64,000 nucleotides of DNA from Bacteroidota bacterium (GTDB taxonomy: Bacteria; Bacteroidota; Bacteroidia; UKL13-3): contig JAUXUD010000014.1 in NCBI GenBank assembly GCA_030680835.1, positions 18,965 through 82,964 on the forward strand, written 5' to 3'. This document shows, piece after piece, positions 39,251 through 48,484 of the stretch. The notes beneath the pieces are model-generated. The model was given only the letters and a program-made list of their open reading frames with translations. It ran no database searches and was not told where the DNA came from. The translations under genes were made by a program, and so were the position numbers. The stretch's first letter is position 1, and every line of letters begins with the position of its first letter.

Positions 39251-40369
39251 ATGCTTAAAATAGGAATTACTGGCCAATCTGGTTTTATAGGAACACATTT
39301 ATATAACAATCTGGGATTACACCCGGAAGAATTTGTTCGTATTGATTTTCAAGATAGTTTTTTTGAAAATGAAACCGATTTAGATGCATTCGTTTCGCAA
39401 TGTGATGTAATTATACATTTGGCAGCTATGAACCGTCACAATGATCCGCAAGTGATTTATGACACGAATATTGGATTGGTTCAGAAATTAATCACATCTT
39501 TAGAAATATTAAAAAGCAAAGCTCATATTTTGTTTTCCTCCTCCTCTCAGGAGGAGAAAGACAATCTTTATGGGAAATCTAAAAAAGAAGGAAGAGAATT
39601 ATTAATTAAATGGGCTGAAACTTCGGGAGGAAAATTTTCGGGAATGATTATTCCTAATGTATTCGGACCCTTTGGGCACCCAAATTACAATTCATTTATT
39701 GCCACTTTTAGCCATAAATTAACCCATGGTGAAATACCAAAACTTGAGGTAGATGGTTCAGTAAAATTAATTTATGTTGGAGAATTGGTGGCTGAAATTC
39801 TGTCGGAAATCAGAAGTGGAAAAGGTAATAATGAGTTTATAATTCCATATACTTCTGAATCAAAAGTTTCAGAAATATTAAATTTATTAGAAATATACAA
39901 GGAACAATATTTTGTAAAAGGAGAAATTCCAACCATCAACAACCGCTTTGAATTAAATTTATTCAACACCTTTCGTTGTTATATGGATATTGCCAACCAT
40001 TTCCCTTTTAAATACATACAACACACCGATCAAAGAGGTTCGTTTGTTGAAATTATTCGCTTAGGAATTGGCGGGCAAGTATCTTTCTCCACTACTGTGC
40101 CAGGCATCACAAGAGGAAATCATTTTCATACACGGAAGATTGAAAGGTTTTCTGTAATTAAAGGGAAAGCATTGATACAGCTTCGAAAAATTGGAAGTAC
40201 AAAAGTATTAGACTTTTACCTGGATGGCAATGAACCCGCCTATGTTGATATGCCTATATGGTATACGCATAATATAAAGAACATTGGTGATGAAGTATTA
40301 TACACCAACTTTTGGATAAATGAATTTTATGATGTGAACGATCCGGATACGTATTTTGAAACAGTATAG
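39251..40369 (+). CDS. wbjC: UDP-2-acetamido-2,6-dideoxy-hexos-4-ulose reductase (FnlB/WbjC/CapF)
   Basis: TGQSGFIG, YGKSK, PNVFG..PNYNS; C-terminal cupin DQRGSF..RGNHFHTRKIERF. Confidence 0.92.
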   Translation: MLKIGITGQSGFIGTHLYNNLGLHPEEFVRIDFQDSFFENETDLDAFVSQCDVIIHLAAMNRHNDPQVIYDTNIGLVQKLITSLEILKSKAHILFSSSSQEEKDNLYGKSKKEGRELLIKWAETSGGKFSGMIIPNVFGPFGHPNYNSFIATFSHKLTHGEIPKLEVDGSVKLIYVGELVAEILSEIRSGKGNNEFIIPYTSESKVSEILNLLEIYKEQYFVKGEIPTINNRFELNLFNTFRCYMDIANHFPFKYIQHTDQRGSFVEIIRLGIGGQVSFSTTVPGITRGNHFHTRKIERFSVIKGKALIQLRKIGSTKVLDFYLDGNEPAYVDMPIWYTHNIKNIGDEVLYTNFWINEFYDVNDPDTYFETV

Positions 40370-40370
40370 A

Positions 40371-40505
40371 GGTGATTAGTGACTTGTAACTGGTGATTAG
40401 TGACTTGTAACTGGTGATTAGTTTTAGGACATTTTGAACCAGTTAATTTTAAATTAAAGGTTTCTCTATCATGCATTAACCGCGATTCACCAATCACCAA
40501 TCACC
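40371..40505. repeat. Left flank of four-helix cassette: 21-nt repeat GGTGATTAGTGACTTGTAACT x2.5 (three heptamers per unit), then inverted AATCACC units
   Basis: Copies at 40371, 40392 and partial at 40413; TCACC-AATCACC-AATCACC at 40487-40505. Confidence 0.9.
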
Positions 40506-40509
40506 CCAT

Positions 40510-40863
40510 ATGACTCATAAAGATTTAGAGGTTTGGAAGAAAAGCATTGATTTTGTTACCCGGATATATGATCTCACAAAAGAATATCCAAAGGAAGAAT
40601 TATTTGGTTTAGTTTCACAAATAAGAAGAGCAGCAGTTTCAATTCCTTCGAATATTGCAGAAGGTGCGTCAAGAAAAGGCAAAACAGAATTCAGGCATTT
40701 TTTATATATTTCATTAGCAAGCGGAGCTGAATTAGAAACACAATTAATAATTTCCGGAAATTTAAATTACATTAGTAAAGAAAAGCAAACTGAATTAATT
40801 GAAGAACTAAATATAATATCAAAAATGCTGCAAGGCTTAATCAAATCACTAAATCTAAACTGA
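40510..40863 (+). CDS. Four-helix bundle protein (23S rRNA intervening-sequence protein / TIGR02436, Avd-like fold)
   Basis: HKDLEVWKKS, PKEELFGLVSQIRRAAVSIPSNIAEG, FLYISLAS.AELETQL signature. Confidence 0.93.
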   Translation: MTHKDLEVWKKSIDFVTRIYDLTKEYPKEELFGLVSQIRRAAVSIPSNIAEGASRKGKTEFRHFLYISLASGAELETQLIISGNLNYISKEKQTELIEELNIISKMLQGLIKSLNLN

Positions 40864-40878
40864 ATTCAAATAACTAAC

Positions 40879-40930
40879 TACAAGTCACTCAATGGACAAA
40901 CCAGTCACTAATCACCAATCACCAATCACC
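40879..40930. repeat. Right flank of four-helix cassette (reverse complement of the left arm), overlapping the wbjD 5' end
   Basis: TACAAGTCACT (40879-40889) and AGTCACTAATCACCA (40903-40917) are exact reverse complements of the left 21-mer array; two further AATCACC units follow. Confidence 0.88.
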
Positions 40931-42136
40931 AAGCTAAAAGTAATGACCGTAGTGGGTACCCGCCCCGAAATAATTCGTTTATCCAGAGTAATGGCTAAAT
41001 TGGATGAATCACCAGCAATTGAACATATAATCGTCCATACCGGCCAAAACTATGATTATGAATTGAATCAGATTTTCTTTGACGATATGGGAATCAGAAA
41101 ACCTGATCATTTTTTAAATGCGGCTGGAGAAACGGCAACTGAAACTATTGGCCAGATTCTGATTAAAATTGATGCGTTACTGGCCCATACAAATCCAGAT
41201 GCATTTTTAGTTTTAGGTGATACTAATTCTTGCCTTTGCGCCATACCAGCAAAGAAAAGGCATATCCCGATTTTCCACATGGAGGCTGGGAATCGTTGTT
41301 TTGATCAACGCGTTCCTGAAGAAACCAATCGAAAAATCGTAGATCATATATCCGATATTAATCTAACCTACAGTGATATTGCCAGAGAGTATTTACTTAG
41401 AGAAGGGTTACCAGCCGATAGAATAATAAAAACAGGTTCTCCCATGTTTGAAGTATTAAATCATTATAAAGCTAAAATTGAATCTTCTGATATTTTAAAC
41501 CGGTTGCATTTAGAGAAAGGTAAATATTTCGTTGTGTCCGCTCACCGTGAAGAAAATATAAACAGTGATAAAAACTTTTTGGGGTTAATAACAAGTTTGA
41601 ATGCTATTGCTGAAAAATATAAATTCCCAATAATTGTAAGTACTCATCCCCGCACACGCATTCGTTTGGAGAAGCTCTCAACAGACAGCAATCAGCGGTC
41701 AGCAGTCAGCAGTCAGCTATCAGAAAATAATAGTCAGATGAAAGCTGACCGCCGAATGCTGATAGCTGACAGCTTGATCCAATGGCAAAAACCAATGGGA
41801 TTTAGTGATTACAATTACCTCCAAATGAACGCCTTTGCAGTTTTATCTGATAGTGGTACGATTTCAGAAGAATCATCCATTTTGAATTTCCCCGCCCTAA
41901 ATATTAGAGATGCACATGAAAGACCTGAAGCTATGGAAGAAACTTCAGTAATGATGATGGGATTGAGTCCAGAAAGAATATTACAAGGTTTGGAACAATT
42001 GAAACATGAAGAATTATTTAATCAACGAATTTATAGACCGGTAGACGACTACTCTATGCCTAATGTTTCAGATAAAATGGTTAGGATTATTTTAAGTTAT
42101 ATAGATTATGTGAAAAGGGTTGTTTGGAATGAATAG
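40892..42136 (+). CDS. wecB: UDP-N-acetyl-sugar 2-epimerase, non-hydrolysing (FnlC/WbjD/CapG, WecB family), with two repeat-derived in-frame insertions
   Basis: VGTRPEIIRLS, HTGQNYD, LGDTNS, HMEAGNR..PEE.NR, SDSGT..EE, ERPE. Confidence 0.92.
   Translation: MDKPVTNHQSPITKLKVMTVVGTRPEIIRLSRVMAKLDESPAIEHIIVHTGQNYDYELNQIFFDDMGIRKPDHFLNAAGETATETIGQILIKIDALLAHTNPDAFLVLGDTNSCLCAIPAKKRHIPIFHMEAGNRCFDQRVPEETNRKIVDHISDINLTYSDIAREYLLREGLPADRIIKTGSPMFEVLNHYKAKIESSDILNRLHLEKGKYFVVSAHREENINSDKNFLGLITSLNAIAEKYKFPIIVSTHPRTRIRLEKLSTDSNQRSAVSSQLSENNSQMKADRRMLIADSLIQWQKPMGFSDYNYLQMNAFAVLSDSGTISEESSILNFPALNIRDAHERPEAMEETSVMMMGLSPERILQGLEQLKHEELFNQRIYRPVDDYSMPNVSDKMVRIILSYIDYVKRVVWNE
41674..41774. repeat. Intragenic heptamer hairpin (TCAGCNN array / GCTGA inverted array)
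   Basis: GTCAGCTATCAG (41712-41723) pairs exactly with CTGATAGCTGAC (41759-41770); GCGGTCAGC pairs with GCTGACCGC. Confidence 0.85.
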
Positions 42137-43340
42137 TAAGGATATTATTTGTATAGTATCTGCCGTTTTCCCTCCGGAACCAGTTGTTTCAGCGAAATTA
42201 TCATTAGATATTGCAACTGAACTTTCAAAGAGTTTCAAGGTAATTGTTATTACTCCGAAGCCAACCAGACCTTTCGGTATTAACAATTTGGATTTATTTG
42301 TAAATAACAATATTTTTGAGCATCATTACATTGAAAATTATACTTCACCAAAGCCCTCAATTATTGGAAGACTTTATGAAAGTTATTCATTAGGTACAAG
42401 TGTAATTGGATTTATTGAAAAAAATAAAATAAATATCCGGGCAATTTATTTAAATGTCTGGCCTGTATTTTCCCAAGGATTAATTGTTAAGTGGGCTAAA
42501 TCAAATGGAGTTAAAACTATATTACATGTGCAGGATATTTACCCAGAATCCATAACTGCAAAAATGCCATATTTATTGGGATTGCCTGTAAATTATTTTT
42601 TTAGGAAATATGATAAGCATGTCATGCAAAATGCAAGTAAGATTATTGCCATTTCCAACAACATGAAGGCATATTTATCTGAAAGTCGTCATATTGAACC
42701 AGAAAAAATTGAGGTAGTTCGGAATTGGCAAAGTGAGGTTAGAAATATTGAAACTTTAAATTCAAAAAAAGAACGGAATGCAATTTTTACTTTTATGTAT
42801 CTTGGAAGTATTAATAAAAGTTCTGGTTTAGACTTTATTATCAAGTGTTTTGGGGGGCTTAATTTATCAAATACCAGACTTGTAATTGCCGGAAATGGAT
42901 CTGAAAAAGAAAATTGTATGGATTTGGCAAATTCATACCCAACCAGTAAAATTGAGTTTTGGGATGCTTCACCGGATTATGTTTATAAATTACAGGCAGA
43001 TGCAGATGTAATGATATTACCATTAAAAAAAGGGATTGGCCTTACGGCAACCCCTTCAAAATTACTCGCATATTTATTTTCGGCAAAACCAATACTTGCC
43101 TGTGTTGAGTCAATTAGCGATACTGCCAATATCATTGTTAAATCACAAAGTGGCTGGGTTACGCCTCCCGAAGACATAAATGAGTTGAAAAAATCCATTT
43201 TGAATATTGTTAAAATTGATTTCGATGTATTGAAGGAAATGGGGATTAAAGGATATAAATACGCAAATATTAATTTATCCAAAGATGTAAGTTTAAAGGG
43301 AATCGTAAAAATAATTTCTAAAATTCAATCTGCATCATGA
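42129..43340 (+). CDS. Glycosyltransferase family 4 (WbuB/WbjE-like L-FucNAc transferase)
   Basis: FPPEP, VQDIYPES, YLGSI, PSKL..Y...KPI; follows fnlABC. Confidence 0.85.
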   Translation: MNSKDIICIVSAVFPPEPVVSAKLSLDIATELSKSFKVIVITPKPTRPFGINNLDLFVNNNIFEHHYIENYTSPKPSIIGRLYESYSLGTSVIGFIEKNKINIRAIYLNVWPVFSQGLIVKWAKSNGVKTILHVQDIYPESITAKMPYLLGLPVNYFFRKYDKHVMQNASKIIAISNNMKAYLSESRHIEPEKIEVVRNWQSEVRNIETLNSKKERNAIFTFMYLGSINKSSGLDFIIKCFGGLNLSNTRLVIAGNGSEKENCMDLANSYPTSKIEFWDASPDYVYKLQADADVMILPLKKGIGLTATPSKLLAYLFSAKPILACVESISDTANIIVKSQSGWVTPPEDINELKKSILNIVKIDFDVLKEMGIKGYKYANINLSKDVSLKGIVKIISKIQSAS

Positions 43341-43957
43341 ATATCAGGCTTGCAAATAATTTGGATATTAATGCAATTACTGATTTGCATTGTATTTCAT
43401 TTACCATTCATGATCATGTACCCATGATGTTAGGTAGGAACTATGTAAAATCAACCTATAGGTGGTTAATTAATTCTAATCAATCTTATGTCCTGGTTTC
43501 AATAATTGATAACGAAATAGCAGGAGTTGTGGCTGTATGTGATGGGCCATTTACAAAACCAATGTTTATTGCCTGTTTGCCTTCATTTATTCGCAGCATT
43601 CTCATAAGTCCAAATAGACTTTTCAATAGATTACTTTGGAATAGATTATTTAGGAAGGCTGAAACGCCTGAGGGGCATAAATTAGAAAATTTACCTGGTT
43701 TTGCTCAAATGACCATTGGGATTGTTGATCCTAAACATCGTGGAAAAGGTGTATTTAGTAAATTAATTGAAGAAACAAAAAACCAATGCAGAACACGGGG
43801 AAGTAAGTTATTACGTGCTGGCATTTATAAAGTAAACAATTCCAGTCGTAAAACATTTATAAATGCAGGTTGGCCTGAATTAAAACAATTAGAAACAAGT
43901 GATACTGTTTTTTATGCTGCATTTATAACAGATGAATATTATAGTTTGTTTTTTTAA
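43337..43957 (+). CDS. GNAT family N-acetyltransferase
   Basis: IRLA, GIVDPKHRGKGV, N..S..F...GW. Confidence 0.8.
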   Translation: MNIRLANNLDINAITDLHCISFTIHDHVPMMLGRNYVKSTYRWLINSNQSYVLVSIIDNEIAGVVAVCDGPFTKPMFIACLPSFIRSILISPNRLFNRLLWNRLFRKAETPEGHKLENLPGFAQMTIGIVDPKHRGKGVFSKLIEETKNQCRTRGSKLLRAGIYKVNNSSRKTFINAGWPELKQLETSDTVFYAAFITDEYYSLFF

Positions 43958-44024
43958 TCTTCGAAATAGTATTTACGCTTTAATCTTAAATTTCTCTATT
44001 TTTTAATCCTCCCTAACTAATTTT

Positions 44025-45242
44025 ATGAATATTCCCTTTTCTCCGCCATTTGTTGATCAAGATGTCATTGATGAAGTTGTTAATACTCTCGAAACAGGTT
44101 GGATTACCACAGGGCCTAAGGTTAAAGCTCTCGAAATTGAGACGGCAAAATTAGTAGAAGTAAATAATGTTCTTTGCGTTAATTCAGCAACTTCGGCCCT
44201 AATGCTAATACTTCATTGGTATGGCATTGGAAGTGGTGATGAAGTAATTGTTCCCGCCTATACATATAGTGCCACGGCTTTAGCTGTTATGCATGTTGGT
44301 GCAATTCCTATAATGGTTGATATTGAAAATGATTTTAACATTTCGGTCCAAAAAATAAAAGCAGCAATTACATCAAGAACAAAAGCAATAATGCCTGTAG
44401 ATATTGCTGGATGGCCATGTAATTATAATGAGATCAATTCTCTTGTAAATGATTCTGAAATAAAAAAACTATTTACTCCAAAAGGAGTTAACCAGGAAAA
44501 TTTAGGACGGATTTTGGTTTTGTCTGATGCAGCACATTCCATTGGTGCAAAATATTATGGTAAACAATCAGGAACCTTAACTGATATTTCTGTTTTCTCT
44601 TATCATGCTGTAAAAAATGTAACAACTGCAGAGGGAGGAGCAATCTGCCTGAATTTACCTGAACCATTTGATAATGCAGAAGTTTATAAAACTTTAAGAC
44701 TTTGGTCGTTAAACGGACAAACAAAAGATGCCTATACCAAGACACAGGCAGGTGGATGGAGGTATGATATTGTATATCCCGGGTTTAAAATAAATATGCC
44801 GGATGTATGTGCTGCAATAGGTTTGGCTCAGATAAAAAAGTATACCCAGCAACTATTAGTGGAAAGAAGAAGAGTATTTGAAGCATATAACAAATTGTTT
44901 TCGGAAAAAGACTGGGCAATTTTACCTCCTTTTGAAACAGAATACATTAAGTCAAGTTACCATTTATACGCACTGCGAATTAATAGTATTACAGAATCTG
45001 AAAGAGATGGAATGATGTATGAAATTGCAAAAACAGGAGTTTCAGTAAATGTTCATTTTATTCCAATGCCTATGTTATCAGTTTTTAAAAATATGGGATA
45101 TGATATAAAGGAATATCCAAATAGCTATGCTAATTATTCAAGGGAAATTTCATTACCTATATATCCACAGTTAACACAAGAACAAATTGAATTTATCGTA
45201 TTATCTACTGAGCAAGCTTTCAAGCAAATAAAAATATTTTAA
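44025..45242 (+). CDS. DegT/DnrJ aminotransferase (4-amino-4,6-dideoxy sugar, SpsC/PglE-like)
   Basis: IPFSPP, GWITTGPK, DAAHS, FSYHAVKN.TTAEGG, GFKINM. Confidence 0.9.
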   Translation: MNIPFSPPFVDQDVIDEVVNTLETGWITTGPKVKALEIETAKLVEVNNVLCVNSATSALMLILHWYGIGSGDEVIVPAYTYSATALAVMHVGAIPIMVDIENDFNISVQKIKAAITSRTKAIMPVDIAGWPCNYNEINSLVNDSEIKKLFTPKGVNQENLGRILVLSDAAHSIGAKYYGKQSGTLTDISVFSYHAVKNVTTAEGGAICLNLPEPFDNAEVYKTLRLWSLNGQTKDAYTKTQAGGWRYDIVYPGFKINMPDVCAAIGLAQIKKYTQQLLVERRRVFEAYNKLFSEKDWAILPPFETEYIKSSYHLYALRINSITESERDGMMYEIAKTGVSVNVHFIPMPMLSVFKNMGYDIKEYPNSYANYSREISLPIYPQLTQEQIEFIVLSTEQAFKQIKIF

Positions 45243-45829
45243 TGATTCGTTTTTTTGATTTTACCTTTTCTATTTGTGGGCTTATTTTAATAAGCCCTTT
45301 GTTTTTAATAATATCCCTGCTCATAAAAATTACTTCAAAGGGACCTGTTTTATTCAAACAAATGAGGGTAGGTTTAAACAATCATGATTTTAAGCTTTAC
45401 AAATTCAGAACAATGAAAATTGATTCAGATAAAAATGGATTACTTACAATTGGTGGAAATGACAGTAGGATTACAAAAATTGGCAATTATCTAAGGAAAT
45501 TAAAATTAGATGAACTGCCGCAACTAATAAATGTTCTTTGGGGTGATATGAGTTTGGTGGGGCCCAGACCAGAAGTAAGAAAATATGTTGATTTATACAA
45601 CCCTGTACAATTAAAGGTTCTGCAAGTTAAACCAGGTATCACAGATTTAGCTTCTATTTATTATAAAAATGAAAATGACGAACTGGGTAGGTCATCAGAT
45701 CCTGAAAAAACATATACCCAGGAAATAATGCCCCATAAATTGGCTTTAAACCAGACCTTTATAAACAATCCTTCTTTGTTTAATTATTTCAAAATTATTT
45801 TCAAAACATTTTTCTCAATTCTAAAATAA
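45242..45829 (+). CDS. Initiating phosphoglycosyl transferase (bacterial sugar transferase)
   Basis: KFRTM, D.RIT..G..LR..KLDELPQL.NV..GDMSLVGPRPE, KPGIT. Confidence 0.93.
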   Translation: MIRFFDFTFSICGLILISPLFLIISLLIKITSKGPVLFKQMRVGLNNHDFKLYKFRTMKIDSDKNGLLTIGGNDSRITKIGNYLRKLKLDELPQLINVLWGDMSLVGPRPEVRKYVDLYNPVQLKVLQVKPGITDLASIYYKNENDELGRSSDPEKTYTQEIMPHKLALNQTFINNPSLFNYFKIIFKTFFSILK

Positions 45830-45952
45830 TCTACTTTTCGTGATTTTGATTAAACACACATACGTCATGTCACAATTATAATTGAATTTCGAAATGATAA
45901 ACTTGCAGGACTAATAAATTTCAGAAACTTCAATAAGTAAAAATAAGACAGT

Positions 45953-47089
45953 ATGAAGGTTGCACTAATAACAGGAATTACAGGACAAGATGGAGCATAT
46001 TTAACAGAATTCCTTTTAAACAAAGGGTATTTTGTTCATGGAATTAAAAGACGAAGCAGTCTGTTTAATACTGAAAGAATAGATCATCTCTACCAGGATC
46101 CGCATGAAAAACATCTCCGCTTAAAATTACATTATGGAGATTTAACAGATAGTACTAATCTCATAAGAATTATACAAGAAACCCAACCTGATGAAATATA
46201 TAACCTCGCGGCTATGAGCCATGTACATGTTAGTTTTGAAACCCCTGAATATACTGCAAATGCGGATGGGATCGGAACTCTCAGGATTTTAGAAGCAGTT
46301 CGTTTACTTGGTTTGAGTCAAAAAACAAAAGTTTATCAGGCGTCAACTTCTGAATTATACGGCCTTGTGCAGGAAGTACCCCAGAATGAAAAAACCCCAT
46401 TCTATCCACGTTCACCATATGCCGTTGCTAAATTATATGGATATTGGATTACAGTAAATTACAGGGAGGCATATAAAATGTTTGCTTGCAATGGTATTTT
46501 ATTCAACCATGAAAGTCCGATGCGTGGAGAGACTTTTGTTACACGTAAAATTACCCGGGCAGTTAGCAAAATAGTGTTAGGCCTGAATGAGAAGCTTTAT
46601 TTGGGCAATTTGAATGCCCAACGTGATTGGGGACATGCAAAAGATTATGTAGAAGCCATGTGGTTAATTTTGCAGCAGGAAATGCCAGAAGATTTTGTGA
46701 TTGCAACGGGAATTACTACATCAGTTAGAGAATTTGTACGCTTGGCTTTTGAAAATGTTGGCATTAATTTGGTTTTTGAAGGCTTAGGTGAACATGAATA
46801 TGGAAAGATAGGTTCTTTTAATAATTCCAGACTTACCGAATTGGGAATTATTAACACCAAACTAAAAATTGGAGATACTTTAGTTCAGGTTGATCCAAAA
46901 TATTATCGCCCAACCGAAGTTGATTTGTTAATCGGTGACCCAACAAAATCACAAAGAAAACTTGGATGGAAACCAAAATATGATTTGGCTTCATTGGTAA
47001 CAGAAATGATTGAAAGCGATTTAAAATTGGTAAAAAGAGATTTGTACTTAAAAGATAAAGGGTATAAAGTTTTGTCTAAGCTTGAATGA
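45953..47089 (+). CDS. gmd: GDP-mannose 4,6-dehydratase
   Basis: [49 protein letters not shown]. Confidence 0.96.
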   Translation: MKVALITGITGQDGAYLTEFLLNKGYFVHGIKRRSSLFNTERIDHLYQDPHEKHLRLKLHYGDLTDSTNLIRIIQETQPDEIYNLAAMSHVHVSFETPEYTANADGIGTLRILEAVRLLGLSQKTKVYQASTSELYGLVQEVPQNEKTPFYPRSPYAVAKLYGYWITVNYREAYKMFACNGILFNHESPMRGETFVTRKITRAVSKIVLGLNEKLYLGNLNAQRDWGHAKDYVEAMWLILQQEMPEDFVIATGITTSVREFVRLAFENVGINLVFEGLGEHEYGKIGSFNNSRLTELGIINTKLKIGDTLVQVDPKYYRPTEVDLLIGDPTKSQRKLGWKPKYDLASLVTEMIESDLKLVKRDLYLKDKGYKVLSKLE

Positions 47090-47227
47090 ATATAACGTGA
47101 AAATGTAAAGATAAAATTGAAAACCCTTTTCACAATGATCTAATTTGATGATGCGTGTTTTCTTAGGACTGTGAGAATTGTGAATGGAAGGGAAACAAAT
47201 ATTAGCCGTTCAATTTTGAAATAGTAG

Positions 47228-47303
47228 TAGGAATTAAGAGTTAAGAATTAAGAATTTGGAAGTGTGAAAATGATTTCATAATTCATACTTCATCATTCAA
47301 ACT
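47228..47303. repeat. Heptamer hairpin (TAAGAAT-like units / (A/C/T)TTCATA-like units)
   Basis: TAGGAAT TAAGAGT TAAGAAT TAAGAAT..., then TTTCATA ATTCATA CTTCATC ATTCAAA. Confidence 0.7.
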
Positions 47304-47327
47304 TAAAATAAAACTGAAAGATAAATA

Positions 47328-48479
47328 ATGTCAAAAATAAAATTTGTAATTATTGGATTTGGGCATATTGGCAAACGCCATGCAACCATTGCGAATGATT
47401 ACCCGGGAGCTGAAGTAGTGGCTGTGGTGGATTTGAATAAAGATGTTGTAAAGCATGAGTTATTTCCTAAGGGTGCACAGTTTTTTGAAAGCATTGAAGC
47501 TTTTATGGGGGCGAAAGTTGCAGCGGATATTGTAACCATAGCAACACCAAATGGGTTTCATTGTCCGTATGCAATTAAGATGCTTGATGTGGGTTACCAT
47601 GTGGTGATTGAAAAACCTATGGGGCTCAGCAAAGCAGAGTGTGAACAGGTAATTTTTAAATCGCTTCAGGTATCCAAACAGGTATTTGTGGTTAAACAAA
47701 ATAGATATAGTCCGCCCAGTAAATGGATGAAGGAGATTGTTGGAAATAAAACAATTGGGGAAGTGTTAATGGTACAGGTTAATTGTTATTGGAATAGGGA
47801 TGAACGATACTATAAGAAGCGAGATCCCGATAGCTATCGGGAGAGAAACGAAATCCTTCGACAAGCTCAGGATGACAGGGAAATGAGAGTGGATATAGAT
47901 AAAAAAACTCATACCTCATACCTAATACCTCATAACTCATCAGACTGGAAAGGAACTTTGGATTTAGACGGTGGTACCCTGTTCACCCAATTCTCGCACT
48001 TCGTGGATATTATGTACTGGGTATTTGGCGATGTGAAAAACATCAAAGCTACCTTCGCCGATTTTAACCATGCTGAGCTTACTGAGTTTGAAGACAGCGG
48101 GGTTATAAATTTTGAGTTTGTAAATGGAGGATTAGGATGTATTAACTTTTCAACTTCTGTATGGGACACCAATATGGAAAGCAGCATTACAGTTGTTGGA
48201 ACAAAGGGAAGTTTTAAAGTAGGCGGACAGTATATGAATGAGGTAGTGTATTGCCATATAAAAGATTATGAAATGCCGGTGCTCCCTCCTACCAATGCGC
48301 CGAATGACTATGGTCCGTTTAAGGGGAGTGCGGCGAATCATCATTTTGTGATTGAGAATGTGGTGAATACTTTGAATGGCAGGGATACGATTACTGCGAA
48401 TGCGTTGGAGGGGTTGAAGGTTGTGGATATAATTGAACGCATCTACGAGCAGAGAGATTTGGCTAAATTAAAGAAATAA
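47328..48479 (+). CDS. wlbA: UDP-GlcNAcA 3-dehydrogenase (WlbA/WbpB, Gfo/Idh/MocA) with ~40-aa repeat-derived insertion
   Basis: GFGHIG, ATPNG.H, EKPM, VKQNRY, WNR..YY, WKGT..LDGG...QFSH.VD; clustered with wlbB/wlbC. Confidence 0.85.
   Translation: MSKIKFVIIGFGHIGKRHATIANDYPGAEVVAVVDLNKDVVKHELFPKGAQFFESIEAFMGAKVAADIVTIATPNGFHCPYAIKMLDVGYHVVIEKPMGLSKAECEQVIFKSLQVSKQVFVVKQNRYSPPSKWMKEIVGNKTIGEVLMVQVNCYWNRDERYYKKRDPDSYRERNEILRQAQDDREMRVDIDKKTHTSYLIPHNSSDWKGTLDLDGGTLFTQFSHFVDIMYWVFGDVKNIKATFADFNHAELTEFEDSGVINFEFVNGGLGCINFSTSVWDTNMESSITVVGTKGSFKVGGQYMNEVVYCHIKDYEMPVLPPTNAPNDYGPFKGSAANHHFVIENVVNTLNGRDTITANALEGLKVVDIIERIYEQRDLAKLKK
47825..47941. repeat. Composite intragenic insertion: 18-bp perfect palindrome + REP-like unit + CTCATA heptamer array
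   Basis: TCCCGATAGCTATCGGGA 47825-47842; ATCCTTCGACAAGCTCAGGATGACA 47853-47877; (A/C)CTCATA-like x5 at 47907-47941. Confidence 0.87.
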
Positions 48480-48484
48480 CCCGT

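Noticed and set aside
40371..40422. 21-nt direct repeats as a CRISPR array
   Set aside because: The repeats are tandem with no spacers, and there are no cas genes.
40510..40863. Diversity-generating retroelement (Avd-like gene)
   Set aside because: There is no reverse transcriptase and no TR/VR pair differing at adenines in the window.
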